64,000 nt of DNA, from NCBI GenBank assembly GCA_965198175.1, contig OZ240245.1:1536001-1600000 (forward strand), given 5' to 3'. The notes beneath the pieces are model-generated. The model was not told where the DNA came from, searched no databases, and worked only from the letters and a program-made list of their open reading frames with translations. Positions within the stretch are counted from its first letter, which is position 1, and each line of letters starts with the position of its first letter. Made by a program: the position numbers and the translations under genes. This DNA comes from Candidatus Poribacteria bacterium (GTDB lineage: Bacteria > Poribacteria > WGA-4E > PCPOR2b). Positions 21,100 to 32,402 of the stretch are shown here, in pieces.

Positions 21100-21409
21100 T
21101 TTTATTGCCCGTCGTTTTTGAGATTCGATAGTTGTTGCCTACCGCATTGATGTGATATGAATTTCTTTCCCAACAGATTGAGTTCTCCACGATTGCCGTG
21201 TTTAAGCTCCTTCTCTGCTGTATCAAGACAGATAAAGGCTCTAATGGGATGAGCTTGCTATCGGACTGTTTGTCACACGGCTTGCACTGGGTGTTCAACG
21301 GTATAATCGACTACTTTCAGGCAACCTTATTGAGACGGCTTAATTATGTAAGAGATTGAATTTCTAAAGTTAGGCGTTCCCGAATCAAATTTAAGATAAA
21401 GAGAGAGTT

Positions 21410-22732
21410 GTGGATAGATCGAGCATCAATGTGGGGCTTCTGGGCTGGGGGACCGTCGGAACAGGAGTCTCGAAAATTCTGGTCAATCAAAACAGGCGGA
21501 TTTCTCAGAATGCGGGAGTCCAGCTTCAACTGACCAGAATTGTGAAACGGACGCTACCGGCATCACGTGCCGGGCTCCAGTTGCCCCCAGAATGTCTCAC
21601 AACAGAACCTGCTGAAGTCGTAGATAACCCCGATATTGATATTGTTGTGGAATTGATTGGCGGAGTAGCAGATGCTCGGCGCTTAATAGTTCAGGCTATC
21701 CGAAATGGAAAGCATGTTGTGACAGCGAACAAAGCGTTGTTAGCAGAACACGGCTTTGAGCTTTTTCAGCTTGCTTCCGAGCAGAAAGTAAGCCTCAACT
21801 TTGAGGCGAGCACAGCAGGTGGTATCCCAATCATCAAAACATTGAAGGAGAGTTTTGCCGCGAATCGTATTCAATCCATCTGCGGCATCATCAACGGTAC
21901 ATGCAACTATATTCTGACACAAATGCACGAAAAGGGGGCTGATTTCGATGAGGTGTTGCAAGAAGCCCAGACCCTCGGATATGCGGAAGCGGATCCGATG
22001 CTTGATATTGAAGGAATTGATGCGGCTCAGAAACTGACACTCCTTACGGCGCTTGCTTACGGTTTTAACATACCGATGCAAGACGTTTACACCGAGGGCA
22101 TTACGAGAATCACTCAAAAAGAGATTCAGCACGCGCACGAACTAGGGTACGTCATCAAGCTGCTTGCGATTGCCAAGCGAAATAAAGACAAAATTGAGGC
22201 AAGGGTGCATCCAACAATGGTGCCCGTACGAAGCATGCTGGCAAATGTTGGCGGGGCGTTCAATACAGTCTGCGTCATTGGTGATGCTGTTGGACCAACC
22301 CTTTTTTACGGACAAGGCGCAGGTGAAATGCCAACGGCGAGTGCCGTTGTAGCAGATATCATCGATTCGGCGAAATCAATTTGTGGACACGCTCACGCTC
22401 ATGTCCCGCGCGGCTGGCTTTCTGAATCACAATCTGATGTTTCATCCTGTCCAATTGATGCAATTGAAACGCGTTACTATGTTCGCCTGATGGCTTTGGA
22501 TCAGCCGGGGGTCTTGGCTCAAGTCAGCAGTATTTTGGGAACTCATCATATCAGTATTGCGTCGCTGATTCAAAAGGAGCGCCATGAAGCGGATGGAACG
22601 GCCTCGATTGTTATGGTGACTCACAAAGCCGTTGAGAAAGATGTGCAAGCGGCTATACGGAAGATTGACGCACTCGATACCGTCAAGCGTGCAAGCCAAC
22701 TGATTCGGATTGAAGACGAAGTTGCATTTTAG
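21410..22732 (+). CDS. hom: homoserine dehydrogenase with ACT domain
   Basis: GWGTVG, VVTANKA, GIINGTCNYIL, GAGEMPTASAV. Confidence 0.95.
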   Translation: MDRSSINVGLLGWGTVGTGVSKILVNQNRRISQNAGVQLQLTRIVKRTLPASRAGLQLPPECLTTEPAEVVDNPDIDIVVELIGGVADARRLIVQAIRNGKHVVTANKALLAEHGFELFQLASEQKVSLNFEASTAGGIPIIKTLKESFAANRIQSICGIINGTCNYILTQMHEKGADFDEVLQEAQTLGYAEADPMLDIEGIDAAQKLTLLTALAYGFNIPMQDVYTEGITRITQKEIQHAHELGYVIKLLAIAKRNKDKIEARVHPTMVPVRSMLANVGGAFNTVCVIGDAVGPTLFYGQGAGEMPTASAVVADIIDSAKSICGHAHAHVPRGWLSESQSDVSSCPIDAIETRYYVRLMALDQPGVLAQVSSILGTHHISIASLIQKERHEADGTASIVMVTHKAVEKDVQAAIRKIDALDTVKRASQLIRIEDEVAF

Positions 22733-22759
22733 TGTCATGAAAAGTAAAGGGACGTAGGT

Positions 22760-24004
22760 GTGGGAATCATAGTTCAAAAATTTGGTGGAACTTCTGTTGC
22801 TGACGCGACAAAAATTAAGAATGTCGCAAAGCGCGTGGTGCAAACACATGATGAGGGACATCGCGTTGTCGTCGTTGTTTCTGCAATGGGTGATACGACG
22901 GACCGATTGGAAAGCCTAGCTTATGAAATCTCTGCAAATCCTCTTGAGCGTGAACTCGCCATGCTTTTGTCCACAGGAGAACAGGTTTCGATTGCCTTGC
23001 TTGCAATGGCGGTTTCAGAGCTTGGACACGAGGCAATTTCCCTCACGGGAACACAAGTAGGTATCATTACCGGTGGCTTTTATAGTGAGGCGCGAATTCA
23101 GAGTATCAATCAGGGACGTATCCTTTCGGAGTTAGATCGGGGAAAGATTGTTATCCTAGCGGGTTATCAAGGGGTTACAATCGATAACGAAATCACAACG
23201 CTCGGGCGCGGAGCTTCTGACACAACCGCTGTTGCAGTCGCTGCAACATTGGGTGCCGATCGCTGTGACATTTATACGGATGTGGATGGAGTTTACACAG
23301 CAGATCCGCGCATTGTTCCAAACGCTCGGAAGCTTGACCGGATTACACACGATGAAATGCTTGAAATGGCGCGGCTCGGCGCAAAAGTTCTACATTCCCG
23401 ATCAGTTGAACTTGCGAAGAAATTCGACGTCCATCTTTGCGTTCGGTCTAGCTTCACCGAAGCCGAGGGTACAATTGTTGAAAAGGAAAGTGAGATGATA
23501 GAGGAAGTTATTGTCAGCGGAGTCACGTCGGATAAAGATCAAGCGAAGGTATCATTACTTGGTGTGCCGGACACCCCAGGGATTGCCGCGCGTATCTTCC
23601 AGGAAATTGCCGACGCCCATATCAATATCGATATGATTATTCAGAACGTGAGCCATGAAGGGACCACCGACATATCGTTTACGGTTGCTAAGAAAGATTT
23701 AGAGTCAACCCTGAAAACCGCTGAAATGCTCAAAGCCAAGATCGGTTGTCAAAACATAAGCACAGACAAGAACATTGCCAAAGTGTCAGCAATTGGAATT
23801 GGGATGAAAAGCCATGTCGGTATCGCCGCGCGAATGTTCCGTGCCCTCGCCGATGAAGGCATTAACATTCAGACTATTAGCACGTCGGAAATCAAAATCT
23901 CTTGTGTCATTGACGACAGAGAGACTGAATGTGCTGTACGCGCGATTCACGATAGGTTTGAATTGGGGAATACTTCCAATGAAAGCGTTGGAATTCAGGG
24001 TTAA
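22760..24004 (+). CDS. lysC: aspartate kinase
   Basis: VQKFGGTSV, TTLGRGASDTTA, TDVDGVYTADPR, two ACT domains. Confidence 0.95.
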   Translation: MGIIVQKFGGTSVADATKIKNVAKRVVQTHDEGHRVVVVVSAMGDTTDRLESLAYEISANPLERELAMLLSTGEQVSIALLAMAVSELGHEAISLTGTQVGIITGGFYSEARIQSINQGRILSELDRGKIVILAGYQGVTIDNEITTLGRGASDTTAVAVAATLGADRCDIYTDVDGVYTADPRIVPNARKLDRITHDEMLEMARLGAKVLHSRSVELAKKFDVHLCVRSSFTEAEGTIVEKESEMIEEVIVSGVTSDKDQAKVSLLGVPDTPGIAARIFQEIADAHINIDMIIQNVSHEGTTDISFTVAKKDLESTLKTAEMLKAKIGCQNISTDKNIAKVSAIGIGMKSHVGIAARMFRALADEGINIQTISTSEIKISCVIDDRETECAVRAIHDRFELGNTSNESVGIQG

Positions 24005-24524
24005 GGACATTTATGAGAACGGGGTCGATTTACACGAGCTTCCTGTGTCTCCGATGGGATCTGGCTTGGAGATAGAAGAAGGACAACTTGTAAAGCCGAT
24101 TCATGGGAATATCCAACTGGCGCGTCGTGTGAACGAGGTTTATGTGAAAGCCGATTTCTCGACATCAATTCAGATTATGTGTCGTCGTTGCACGGAACGT
24201 TTTGAAACGGATATTGCCACAAGGATTGAGCTGCAATTTTATCCAACGGAGAAGCCTGAACAAGTAGAACCTTGGCTCCTTGACGTTGGTGAGCGATATT
24301 ACTCAGGGGAAGTTATAGATTTGACTGAAGAAGTGCGTCAAGCCCTTACGCTCGAAATTCCAATTTGGCCGCTATGTTCAGAGTCATGCGAAGGCTTATG
24401 TCCTCACTGTGGCGCCGACCTTAATGTAACGCCTTGCGATTGTTATAAACCTGAGGAGGGCTCATCGCCATTTGCTGCTTTGGTGGATCTTTTGGACACG
24501 CCAAAGCGTGCAGTTGGTAAATAG
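23979..24524 (+). CDS. yceD: DUF177/YceD family protein
   Basis: CRRC and LCSESCEGLCPHCG.DLN...CDC motifs; directly upstream of rpmF. Confidence 0.85.
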   Translation: MKALEFRVKDIYENGVDLHELPVSPMGSGLEIEEGQLVKPIHGNIQLARRVNEVYVKADFSTSIQIMCRRCTERFETDIATRIELQFYPTEKPEQVEPWLLDVGERYYSGEVIDLTEEVRQALTLEIPIWPLCSESCEGLCPHCGADLNVTPCDCYKPEEGSSPFAALVDLLDTPKRAVGK

Positions 24525-24600
24525 CCTCAATATCCTAATGTCCAATACTAAAACACCAAGGAGGTGAGTTTCTGATTTTTCCAAAAAATCGGAGAAAACA

Positions 24601-24786
24601 TTGGCACATCCAAAACGTCGAACTTCAAAATCAAAAAAACGTATGAGAAGAAGCCATCATGCGCTTTGGGAAAAATTCCTCTCAATATGCCCAAACTGTT
24701 CGGAGACAAGTTTGTCTCACCGCGTTTGCCCAAGTTGTGGATACTACCGAGGTAGAAAAATCCTAAAATCTGTTGAAGAAATATAG
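24601..24786 (+). CDS. rpmF: 50S ribosomal protein L32
   Basis: AHPKRRTSKSKKRMRRSH, CPNC...HRVCPSCGYYRG. Confidence 0.95.
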   Translation: MAHPKRRTSKSKKRMRRSHHALWEKFLSICPNCSETSLSHRVCPSCGYYRGRKILKSVEEI

Positions 24787-24884
24787 CTATCCCCATTACT
24801 CATGGATGATTACGTCGTTGTATTCCTAAGGGTGAAATTCAACAGATAATTAGGATTATCAATTCAAAAAGGGATTCTGTTATA

Positions 24885-25874
24885 ATGGCTCGATTTGCAG
24901 CAATGACTGGGACAGGATCGTACATCCCAGAGAAAGTTCTGACCAATTTCAATCTGGAAGAAATGGTTGATACCAACGATGAATGGATTCGCCAACGCAC
25001 CGGTATCGTCGAGCGGCATATTGCCGAACCCGATATGGCAGTTTCTGATTTATGTCTCATAGCTGCTCGTCGAGCTATTAAGAATGCTGAGGTTGATCCG
25101 CTCGACATTGATGTAATCATTGTTGGCACAGTGACTTCTGATACGCTGTTCCCTTCAACAGCGTGCTATGTACAGCAGGGGCTTGGTGCAAAAAAAGCAT
25201 ATGCCTTCGATTTGGCAGCGGCTTGTGCTGGGTTTGTCTATGGCCTAGATCTCGCTGACGGGCTGATCAAATCCGGGCGTTATGATACAATTTTAGTCAT
25301 TGGCGGAGAAGTTCTCAGTAAAATTGTCGATTGGACTGATCGAAACACCTGCGTGCTGTTCGGCGATGCCGCTGGTGCGGTAATTGTGCAAGCAACAGAT
25401 GAGGCGAAAGGAATCTTAGCATCCTATTGCGGCTCTGATGGAGACTACTCCGATACCGATTTGCTGGGAGTACCGGCTGGAGGTTCACGTATGCCCGCGA
25501 CGTGTGAAACGGTGAAACAGAAACTCCATACCATTAAGATGCGTGGACGGGAAGTATTCAAACTTGGTGTCCGTATCATGCCCGAAGCCGCCCAGCACGT
25601 ATTGGCCATCGCAGAAATGACGATTGATGAGATTGATCTGTTCATTCCCCACCAAGCAAATGTCCGAATCATTGAAGCCGTAGGCGATCGACTGGGAATT
25701 CCACGGGAAAAAGTATACATTAATGTTGACAGATACGGGAATACTTCCGCCGCAACCACAATCGTTGCGCTCGACGAAGCGATTCGTGAAGGGCGGGTGA
25801 GCTCCGGCGACATGATTCTCATGGTAACCTTCGGCGCAGGACTGACATGGGGAAGCACATTAATTAAGCTCTAA
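24885..25874 (+). CDS. fabH: beta-ketoacyl-ACP synthase III
   Basis: AACAGF, PHQAN.RI, YGNTSAA, FGAGLTWG. Confidence 0.95.
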   Translation: MARFAAMTGTGSYIPEKVLTNFNLEEMVDTNDEWIRQRTGIVERHIAEPDMAVSDLCLIAARRAIKNAEVDPLDIDVIIVGTVTSDTLFPSTACYVQQGLGAKKAYAFDLAAACAGFVYGLDLADGLIKSGRYDTILVIGGEVLSKIVDWTDRNTCVLFGDAAGAVIVQATDEAKGILASYCGSDGDYSDTDLLGVPAGGSRMPATCETVKQKLHTIKMRGREVFKLGVRIMPEAAQHVLAIAEMTIDEIDLFIPHQANVRIIEAVGDRLGIPREKVYINVDRYGNTSAATTIVALDEAIREGRVSSGDMILMVTFGAGLTWGSTLIKL

Positions 25875-25965
25875 ATCCCTTTACACAATCGATGTGCATC
25901 TTGGGGAAATCCGGTTTTAAGTTCACAAGTTCATGTGCTCCGATACGTAATTTATGGTCTGTGAT

Positions 25966-26901
25966 ATGGATGTTGCTTTTATATTCCCCGGCCAAGGTTC
26001 CCAAAAAGTCGGAATGGGATTGGAGCTTGCTCAAGCGTATGCTGTTGCTCGCGACACCTTTGAAGAAGCAGATTCCTTTCTGGGGCGGCGGTTAAGTCGG
26101 CTCTGTTTTGAAGGTCCCGATGAATCGCTGAAGCAGACGGAGAATACGCAATTAGCAATCTTGACGAGTAGCGTAGCCGCTTTGCGGGTGCTCCGGCAAC
26201 TCAGTATTTCATCAAGCATTGTCGCAGGACATAGTTTAGGAGAACACTCTGCGCTCGTAGCTGCCGGCGTGCTCAGTTTTCCGGACGCACTAAAATTGAT
26301 CGAATATCGCGCGCGGTTTATGGCAGAGGCCTCTCGACAACAAGATTGTATGATGGCAGCGATTTTAGGGCTAGAAGAAAAGCGGTTGGAAGCGCTCTGC
26401 GAAGAGGTTCAATCTGTCGGCGTAGTTGAGATTGCGAATTACAACTGCCCTGGACAACTGGTCATATCCGGTGGAACAGCGGCCGTTCAAAGGTTAATAG
26501 CGACTGCGAAGGCGAGTGGTGCTAAGCGTTGCCGCCCGCTGGCAGTGAGTGGTGCGTTTCATTCATCTCTGATGAAACCCGCAAGGGAGCGGCTCAAATC
26601 TGTCATTGGTGAATTTTCATTTAGCAGTCCACAAATCAGGTTCGTTGCAAATGTTACGGGGGATTGTGTGCAAACGCCGGACGAGATTCGCCGTTTGTTG
26701 ATAGCCCAGGTAACAAGTCCGGTTCAATGGGAGAAATCAATCCGAACTATGGGTGCTGCTGGGGTTTCGCACTTTGTAGAGGTTGGACCTGGGTATGTCC
26801 TTTCTGGAATGGTTCGCCGCATTCTTTCTCAGCCAGTGTGCTTGAATATTGAGGACGTCAAAAGCCTTGAAAAAACGATAGATGTAATAGGTCAGGCGTG
26901 A
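25966..26901 (+). CDS. fabD: malonyl-CoA:ACP transacylase
   Basis: FPGQGSQ, GHSLGE, VSGAFHS. Confidence 0.95.
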   Translation: MDVAFIFPGQGSQKVGMGLELAQAYAVARDTFEEADSFLGRRLSRLCFEGPDESLKQTENTQLAILTSSVAALRVLRQLSISSSIVAGHSLGEHSALVAAGVLSFPDALKLIEYRARFMAEASRQQDCMMAAILGLEEKRLEALCEEVQSVGVVEIANYNCPGQLVISGGTAAVQRLIATAKASGAKRCRPLAVSGAFHSSLMKPARERLKSVIGEFSFSSPQIRFVANVTGDCVQTPDEIRRLLIAQVTSPVQWEKSIRTMGAAGVSHFVEVGPGYVLSGMVRRILSQPVCLNIEDVKSLEKTIDVIGQA

Positions 26902-26963
26902 GAACATAACAGGAGTCAAACACCGATTTTGAGCATGGTCAGCTATTGCTGATTAATTATTAT

Positions 26964-27701
26964 ATGAGACTCAAAGATAAAGTAGCAATTGTAACTGGCG
27001 CATCACGTGGGATAGGCGAAGCGATTGCCCGAAAGTTCTGCGAAGAAGGCGCGAGCGTGATGCTCTGTTCCCGTTCCACCTTATCGGTTACTGCTGCTGA
27101 CGCATTAGCATGTGAAGGGTGGAACACCAAATCGATACAAGCCGACATTTCTCAAAAACCAGATGTAGAAGCGCTTGTAGATGCAACACTCAAAGCATTT
27201 TCCCGTATTGATATCCTTGTGAATAATGCTGGAATCACCCGGGATGCCTTACTCATGCGTATGAAAGATGATGACTGGGATGCAGTTTTACAGACCAATC
27301 TCACAGGAACCGCCTACTGTACACGCGCTGTTATCCGTACAATGATGCGTCAAAAAAGTGGGAAAATTATCAATATTTCATCGGTCGTCGGTTTGATGGG
27401 GAATGCAGGACAGGCGAATTATGCGGCTTCAAAAGCCGGTATCATCGGTTTAACCAAATCGATTGCAAGAGAAGTTGCTAAGCGTGGCATTACTGTGAAC
27501 GCAATTGCACCCGGCTTCATCAAAACGGAGATGACTGCAAATCTTTCAGCACAGGATCGACAGAATATTTTAGAGATGATTCCAATAGGCAGTTTCGGTA
27601 TACCCGAAGATGTGTCACAAGTTGCTTTATTTTTGGCATCTGATGCTGCTCGATATATCACCGGTCAAGTCATCCAAGTTGATGGCGGTATGGTGATGTA
27701 A
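26964..27701 (+). CDS. fabG: 3-oxoacyl-ACP reductase
   Basis: TGASRGIG, NNAGITRD, YAASK, VDGGM. Confidence 0.95.
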   Translation: MRLKDKVAIVTGASRGIGEAIARKFCEEGASVMLCSRSTLSVTAADALACEGWNTKSIQADISQKPDVEALVDATLKAFSRIDILVNNAGITRDALLMRMKDDDWDAVLQTNLTGTAYCTRAVIRTMMRQKSGKIINISSVVGLMGNAGQANYAASKAGIIGLTKSIAREVAKRGITVNAIAPGFIKTEMTANLSAQDRQNILEMIPIGSFGIPEDVSQVALFLASDAARYITGQVIQVDGGMVM

Positions 27702-27777
27702 TTTAACAATTAATGTTTATTGCATTGTACCTGATGCCCAATGTCTAACTACCTGAAAAAGGGAGGTTATTAAATCG

Positions 27778-28011
27778 ATGGCAATCGATCGAAATCAGCT
27801 TGTAAAGATTATTGCAAACCAGTTGCAAATTGATGAGGGTCAGGTGACTGCTGATGCTTCATTCATGGATGATTTAGGCGCAGATTCCTTAGATACGGTT
27901 GAATTAATCATGGCGCTTGAGGAAGAATTTAACATTGAAATTCCAGATAGTGATGCTGAGAAGATTCGGACCGTACAGAATGCAATTGATTACATGAATT
28001 TGCATGTCTAA
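27778..28011 (+). CDS. acpP: acyl carrier protein
   Basis: [20 protein letters not shown]. Confidence 0.95.
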   Translation: MAIDRNQLVKIIANQLQIDEGQVTADASFMDDLGADSLDTVELIMALEEEFNIEIPDSDAEKIRTVQNAIDYMNLHV

Positions 28012-28069
28012 TTCCAAATCACAGTAGTAACAGATTACGAAAGGTACAAAGGATTAAGAGGTATAACTC

Positions 28070-29311
28070 GTGAAGCGAGTCGTTATTACCGGCATCGGAG
28101 TTGTCAGCCCTGTTGGCTCATCCAAATCGGAATTTTGGGAGTCAATCGCGGCAGGTAAAAGTGGGATTGACCGGGTCACATACTTTGATCCGACAGATTT
28201 TCGAACGCAGGTTGCCGGCGAAGTCAAGGGATTCGCACCGGAGACATTTCTACCGCGTAAAGCTGTAGCACGCCTCCCCTTGTTTATTCAATACGCGCTT
28301 GTTGCCTCGATAATAGCACACCAGGATTCCAGGCTAGATCTGTCTCAGATTGACCCCTATCGCGCTGGGGTTGGCGTCGGTTCTGGGATTGGCGGACTCA
28401 GTGTTATTGAAGAAAACCACCGACTCTTGCTAGAGCGGGGACCCAAGCGAGTAAGCCCTTTCTTTGTACCTTACGAGATTATAAATATGGCTGCCGGGCA
28501 GGTCTCAATCCATTTAAATCTCAAGGGGCCGAACTTTGCGTCAGTTACTGCTTGCGCAACCGCAAACAATGCGATTGGAGAATCGTTTCGGATCATTCAA
28601 CGCGGGGACGCTGATGTGATGTTCACAGGTGGTACCGAAGCGGCGGTTACGCCATTAAGTTTTGCGGGCTTCTGTTCGATGCGTGCGATGTCTACACGTA
28701 ACGACGAACTACAGCGTGCATGCCGTCCATTTGACAAGGACCGAGATGGATTCGTGATGGGTGAAGGGGCGGGAATCTTGGTTCTGGAGTCCCTTTCACA
28801 CGCACTAAAGCGAAACGCCTACATCTATGCAGAGATCGTCGGTTTTGGAATGAGTTCTGACGCGTGCGATATGGTGCATCCTGCGGAGGGTGGAGAAGGG
28901 GCTGCCAAGGCGATGCAGTTCGCGTTACAAGATGCCCAAATCGATCCAGAGAGTGTTGACTATATCAATGCTCATGGTACTTCGACACCGGCAGGTGATG
29001 TAGCCGAAACAATCGCCATCAAAACAGTTTTCGGTGCGCATGCGAACCAGCTTGCCTTGAGTTCGACCAAATCAATGACGGGTCACTTGCTCGGCGCGGC
29101 TGGCGCGATTGAACTAATCGCCAGCGTATGCGCCATCGAAAATAGCTATATCCCTCCCACGATCAACTATGAAACCCCGGATCCAGATTGCGATCTCGAT
29201 TATGTCCCAAATCAAGGTCGTCCCGCGGATATTCAGGTCGCTATGTCTAATGCTTTTGGATTTGGAGGGCACAATACATCGATTGCGATCCGGAAATATG
29301 TAGGGACATAA
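28070..29311 (+). CDS. fabF: beta-ketoacyl-ACP synthase II
   Basis: [28 protein letters not shown]. Confidence 0.95.
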   Translation: MKRVVITGIGVVSPVGSSKSEFWESIAAGKSGIDRVTYFDPTDFRTQVAGEVKGFAPETFLPRKAVARLPLFIQYALVASIIAHQDSRLDLSQIDPYRAGVGVGSGIGGLSVIEENHRLLLERGPKRVSPFFVPYEIINMAAGQVSIHLNLKGPNFASVTACATANNAIGESFRIIQRGDADVMFTGGTEAAVTPLSFAGFCSMRAMSTRNDELQRACRPFDKDRDGFVMGEGAGILVLESLSHALKRNAYIYAEIVGFGMSSDACDMVHPAEGGEGAAKAMQFALQDAQIDPESVDYINAHGTSTPAGDVAETIAIKTVFGAHANQLALSSTKSMTGHLLGAAGAIELIASVCAIENSYIPPTINYETPDPDCDLDYVPNQGRPADIQVAMSNAFGFGGHNTSIAIRKYVGT

Positions 29312-29319
29312 CACGTATA

Positions 29320-29370
29320 CGTGAAGCGTAAAACATTCAGCTTTCGATAATTTGCGCTTCACGATTTTTT
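29320..29370 (+). terminator. probable intrinsic terminator after fabF
   Basis: CGTGAAGCGTAAA...TTTGCGCTTCACG followed by T6. Confidence 0.6.
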
Positions 29371-29657
29371 CCTCTTGTTCTTTCGCCTTCCTTCTAGGAT
29401 ATACCCATTATTAGCACAAAGTAAATGAGAAATCAGCCGTGACAATCCTATGGGATTATGAAGCGCGCAAGCAATCAAACAAAGCATATCCGCTTCATAT
29501 CAATTCGGATGATATCTTTTTGCCCGCCTGGATTTCTGATTGCCGCGGCATAGCTGTTTGTTCACCACGACAATCCATCAGTTAATTTGAATTTATAACT
29601 GAAAACTCGTATTATTCATCGTTTGCGTAAGGCACTACTTAATCGCAGCTTTTCCGC

Positions 29658-29686
29658 TTGACGGGTAATGGTCAGTGTAATATAAT
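29658..29686 (+). promoter_or_regulatory. promoter of the LamG array
   Basis: TTGACG-17 nt-TATAAT, then GAGGAGG RBS. Confidence 0.7.
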
Positions 29687-29735
29687 ATCCCAATTAGGCG
29701 GTTAAACTTTTCCGGTAGAGTATGAGGAGGTTACA

Positions 29736-30482
29736 ATGATAAGAAATGGAAACTCTTGGTACGGCTTCGCTTTGGTACTCTTCACCCTCGCTTCGGTCGC
29801 TGTCGCCAGCATAGACGACGGGCTCGTCCTCCTTTACGAATTTGAAGGCGATGGCGATGTCCTAATTGATTCAAGTGGCAATGGATTCGACGGTAAGCTT
29901 GGCACCGCCTCGCGAACGGACGTCGGACTACTCGGGAAAGGAATCGAATTCACTGCCCCGGATCAGTTCGCTGACGCCGCGGTGGATGAGGGATTGGTTG
30001 CCAAAGATGTCTTCACCATCAGTGTCTGGGCGAAACCACTCGCGCTGGATCCAGAAGGCGAAAATCGAGTGACCTACAAGCACGATCAATTCAACCTCGA
30101 CCTCCAGTTTGGACGAGGACGACTGGAAGTTCGTTCCGGGAAGCGCTGGTGGGGCACCGATGCCAGGGAGCAACCGCTTGTGGAATTAAACGAGTGGCTT
30201 CATATGGCTTTGACTTTTTCGACAACAGCGGGCGCCGCAATGTACCACAACGGAGTGCGTGTTGCTGAGAACCTGGAAGTTTCTTCGCTCGATGAAACAA
30301 ACGACTATTGGAGGCTCGGAAATCTTGGACATGCGGCGTTCGTGGGCATCATGGACCAGCATCGGTGGTATCATCGCGCAATGACTGACAGTGAGGTGTT
30401 GGAGTTGTTTGAAGAGCCGATTGCCGTCTCGCCCATCGGCACCCTGACGACATCCTGGGGCAATATCAAGCGCATGCGCTAA
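29736..30482 (+). CDS. secreted LamG/concanavalin-like domain protein 1
   Basis: Signal peptide, GLVLLYEFEG..D.SGNG, FTISVWAKP, EWLHMALTF, FVGIMD; C-terminal SWGNIK tail. Confidence 0.85.
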   Translation: MIRNGNSWYGFALVLFTLASVAVASIDDGLVLLYEFEGDGDVLIDSSGNGFDGKLGTASRTDVGLLGKGIEFTAPDQFADAAVDEGLVAKDVFTISVWAKPLALDPEGENRVTYKHDQFNLDLQFGRGRLEVRSGKRWWGTDAREQPLVELNEWLHMALTFSTTAGAAMYHNGVRVAENLEVSSLDETNDYWRLGNLGHAAFVGIMDQHRWYHRAMTDSEVLELFEEPIAVSPIGTLTTSWGNIKRMR

Positions 30483-30637
30483 ATTGGACGCTCGCGCTTA
30501 GCGACACGGACTCTGGCACCGGACGAGAGTTTGACGCTTTGTCGTGATGAGTTCGCCATTGCAGCCAATTCCTCAATCATAACCTTTACGTCGTACTCTG
30601 AATGATTGCGACGTCACATTTTTTGGAGGGATCAACA

Positions 30638-31414
30638 ATGAGTCACCTCCGATTTCAATTCATCGTTTGTATGGTGGTCGCCCTGGCGCTTGGGACGGTC
30701 GGGTTTGCGCTTGGAGCAGTAGATCTGGAAAGGGGGCTTGTCCTCTACTACCCATTCGAGGGCAGTGGTGCTAATCAGATTACGGACGTGAGCGGAGAAA
30801 ACAATCACGGCGAGTTCAGGGGTGCCGTGCGAACAACCGAAGGCCAGTCCGGGAAGGCGCTCGAATTCCCGACGCATGTCGACGGGGCACTTATCCCCGA
30901 GTCGCCCAGCTTGCTGGTGACAAACCACGGCGAAGGTTTCACGGTGTCCTTTTGGGGCTATCCGATCGAATGGAACACTGCCGGCAACGGTGAAAATCGT
31001 GCGGTGTATCGGCACATGCAGTACAATGTGGACTTGTTCCGCGGAGGCGGGCGATTCCACATCCAAAAGGACGGGACCTGGCCTGGAATCAATGATGCAC
31101 CAGAGATGCCCTTAGAGACATGGGTTCTGGTCACCGCGACATGGTCGCCGGACGACGGTTCTACGCTTTACCGTGACGGGATCGAAATTGCAAGCAACTC
31201 AGACATGCGTGGTGAGATTGACGAGAACAGCGAGTGGACCGCTCTCGGGTACTTTGCTCCCCACGAGGGGTACGTAGGTAGAATGGATGAGCTGCGTATC
31301 TACAGTCGCGCGATCGATGCGGACGAAGTATTTGAATTATTTGAGCCGGGTGTGTCCGTCTCACCCGAAGACTCGCTTGCTACGCTATGGGGCATTGTCA
31401 AGACGGAGCTCTAA
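30638..31414 (+). CDS. secreted LamG domain protein 2
   Basis: GLVLYYPFEG, GKALEF, GRMDELRIYSRA; LWGIVK tail; GGAGG RBS before ATG 30638. Confidence 0.85.
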   Translation: MSHLRFQFIVCMVVALALGTVGFALGAVDLERGLVLYYPFEGSGANQITDVSGENNHGEFRGAVRTTEGQSGKALEFPTHVDGALIPESPSLLVTNHGEGFTVSFWGYPIEWNTAGNGENRAVYRHMQYNVDLFRGGGRFHIQKDGTWPGINDAPEMPLETWVLVTATWSPDDGSTLYRDGIEIASNSDMRGEIDENSEWTALGYFAPHEGYVGRMDELRIYSRAIDADEVFELFEPGVSVSPEDSLATLWGIVKTEL

Positions 31415-31542
31415 AAACAACCAACAAAATGGCGCCCCGTGCAAAGCGGAGGCTGCAAAAATAGATGTTTCACGAAGGCTGCTCTTGAGCGCAGCGAAGC
31501 GTCCAGAATTACTATCCGTCATTCTAAGACGGGAGACAAGTC

Positions 31543-32325
31543 ATGAAACGACAGAAACGCTGTGCTGTACTGATAACACTTCTTGCGCTCACTATCCACG
31601 CCAGTGTTTTCGCCGCCGACATCTTAGATGGACTGATTGGTTACTGGCCATTTGACAAAGGAGAGGGTGATGCGGCTCACGATCTGGTTGGAGGACATGA
31701 TGGATCAATCAAACGCGCCGCCTGGACGGGCAGAGCGAAGTCGGGGAAGTGGGCGCTTCAATTCTCGCCTGAAGACGATGCGAAGGTTGTGATTCCTGAT
31801 GCCGAGGAACTCGATAATCTTCCGGATGGCCATACGGTGACGAACTGGATCTGGCCGGTGAGCCGGGGCGCGATGATGGATAAGTCCGGCGGTAACCACT
31901 TACGAATACAATGGTTCTTCTTTGACGATGGACGCCTCCATTGGGGTAGCGGGCCCAATTTTGCCTTTAGCGCCAAACCCGTGTCGTTCCGAAAGTGGTC
32001 CCACGTCGCATGGTCACATTCGGCCGATTTAAGCGTCGTATATGTCAACGGTGAAAAGTTTCACGAAGAGCTGAATATGGGGGCACCTATCCCCACTGGG
32101 GAGCCGATGATCTTCGGAAGAAGTGGGATTATAGCGGACGGAAATCCCAGGCAACAGAACTTCGAGGGGATCATGGACGACTTCGGGCTTTGGAATCGCC
32201 CCTTATCTGACAAGGAAGTCAAGGAGGTCTTCGAGAGGGGGCTTGGGAACATTCTTGCCGTCTCCCCCCACGGTAAAATGACAACGACGTGGGCGGCGGT
32301 AAAGGCGGAAATTAACAATCCCTGA
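31543..32325 (+). CDS. secreted LamG domain protein 3
   Basis: GLIGYWPFD, WSHVAW, FEGIMDDFGLWNRPLS; TWAAVK tail. Confidence 0.85.
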   Translation: MKRQKRCAVLITLLALTIHASVFAADILDGLIGYWPFDKGEGDAAHDLVGGHDGSIKRAAWTGRAKSGKWALQFSPEDDAKVVIPDAEELDNLPDGHTVTNWIWPVSRGAMMDKSGGNHLRIQWFFFDDGRLHWGSGPNFAFSAKPVSFRKWSHVAWSHSADLSVVYVNGEKFHEELNMGAPIPTGEPMIFGRSGIIADGNPRQQNFEGIMDDFGLWNRPLSDKEVKEVFERGLGNILAVSPHGKMTTTWAAVKAEINNP

Positions 32326-32402
32326 GTGGAGCAAAGGTCCCAAAAGTGGATGCTTCACTTCGTCCAGAGTAACAATCCTTCATTCTGAGAAAGGAGAAAG
32401 TC

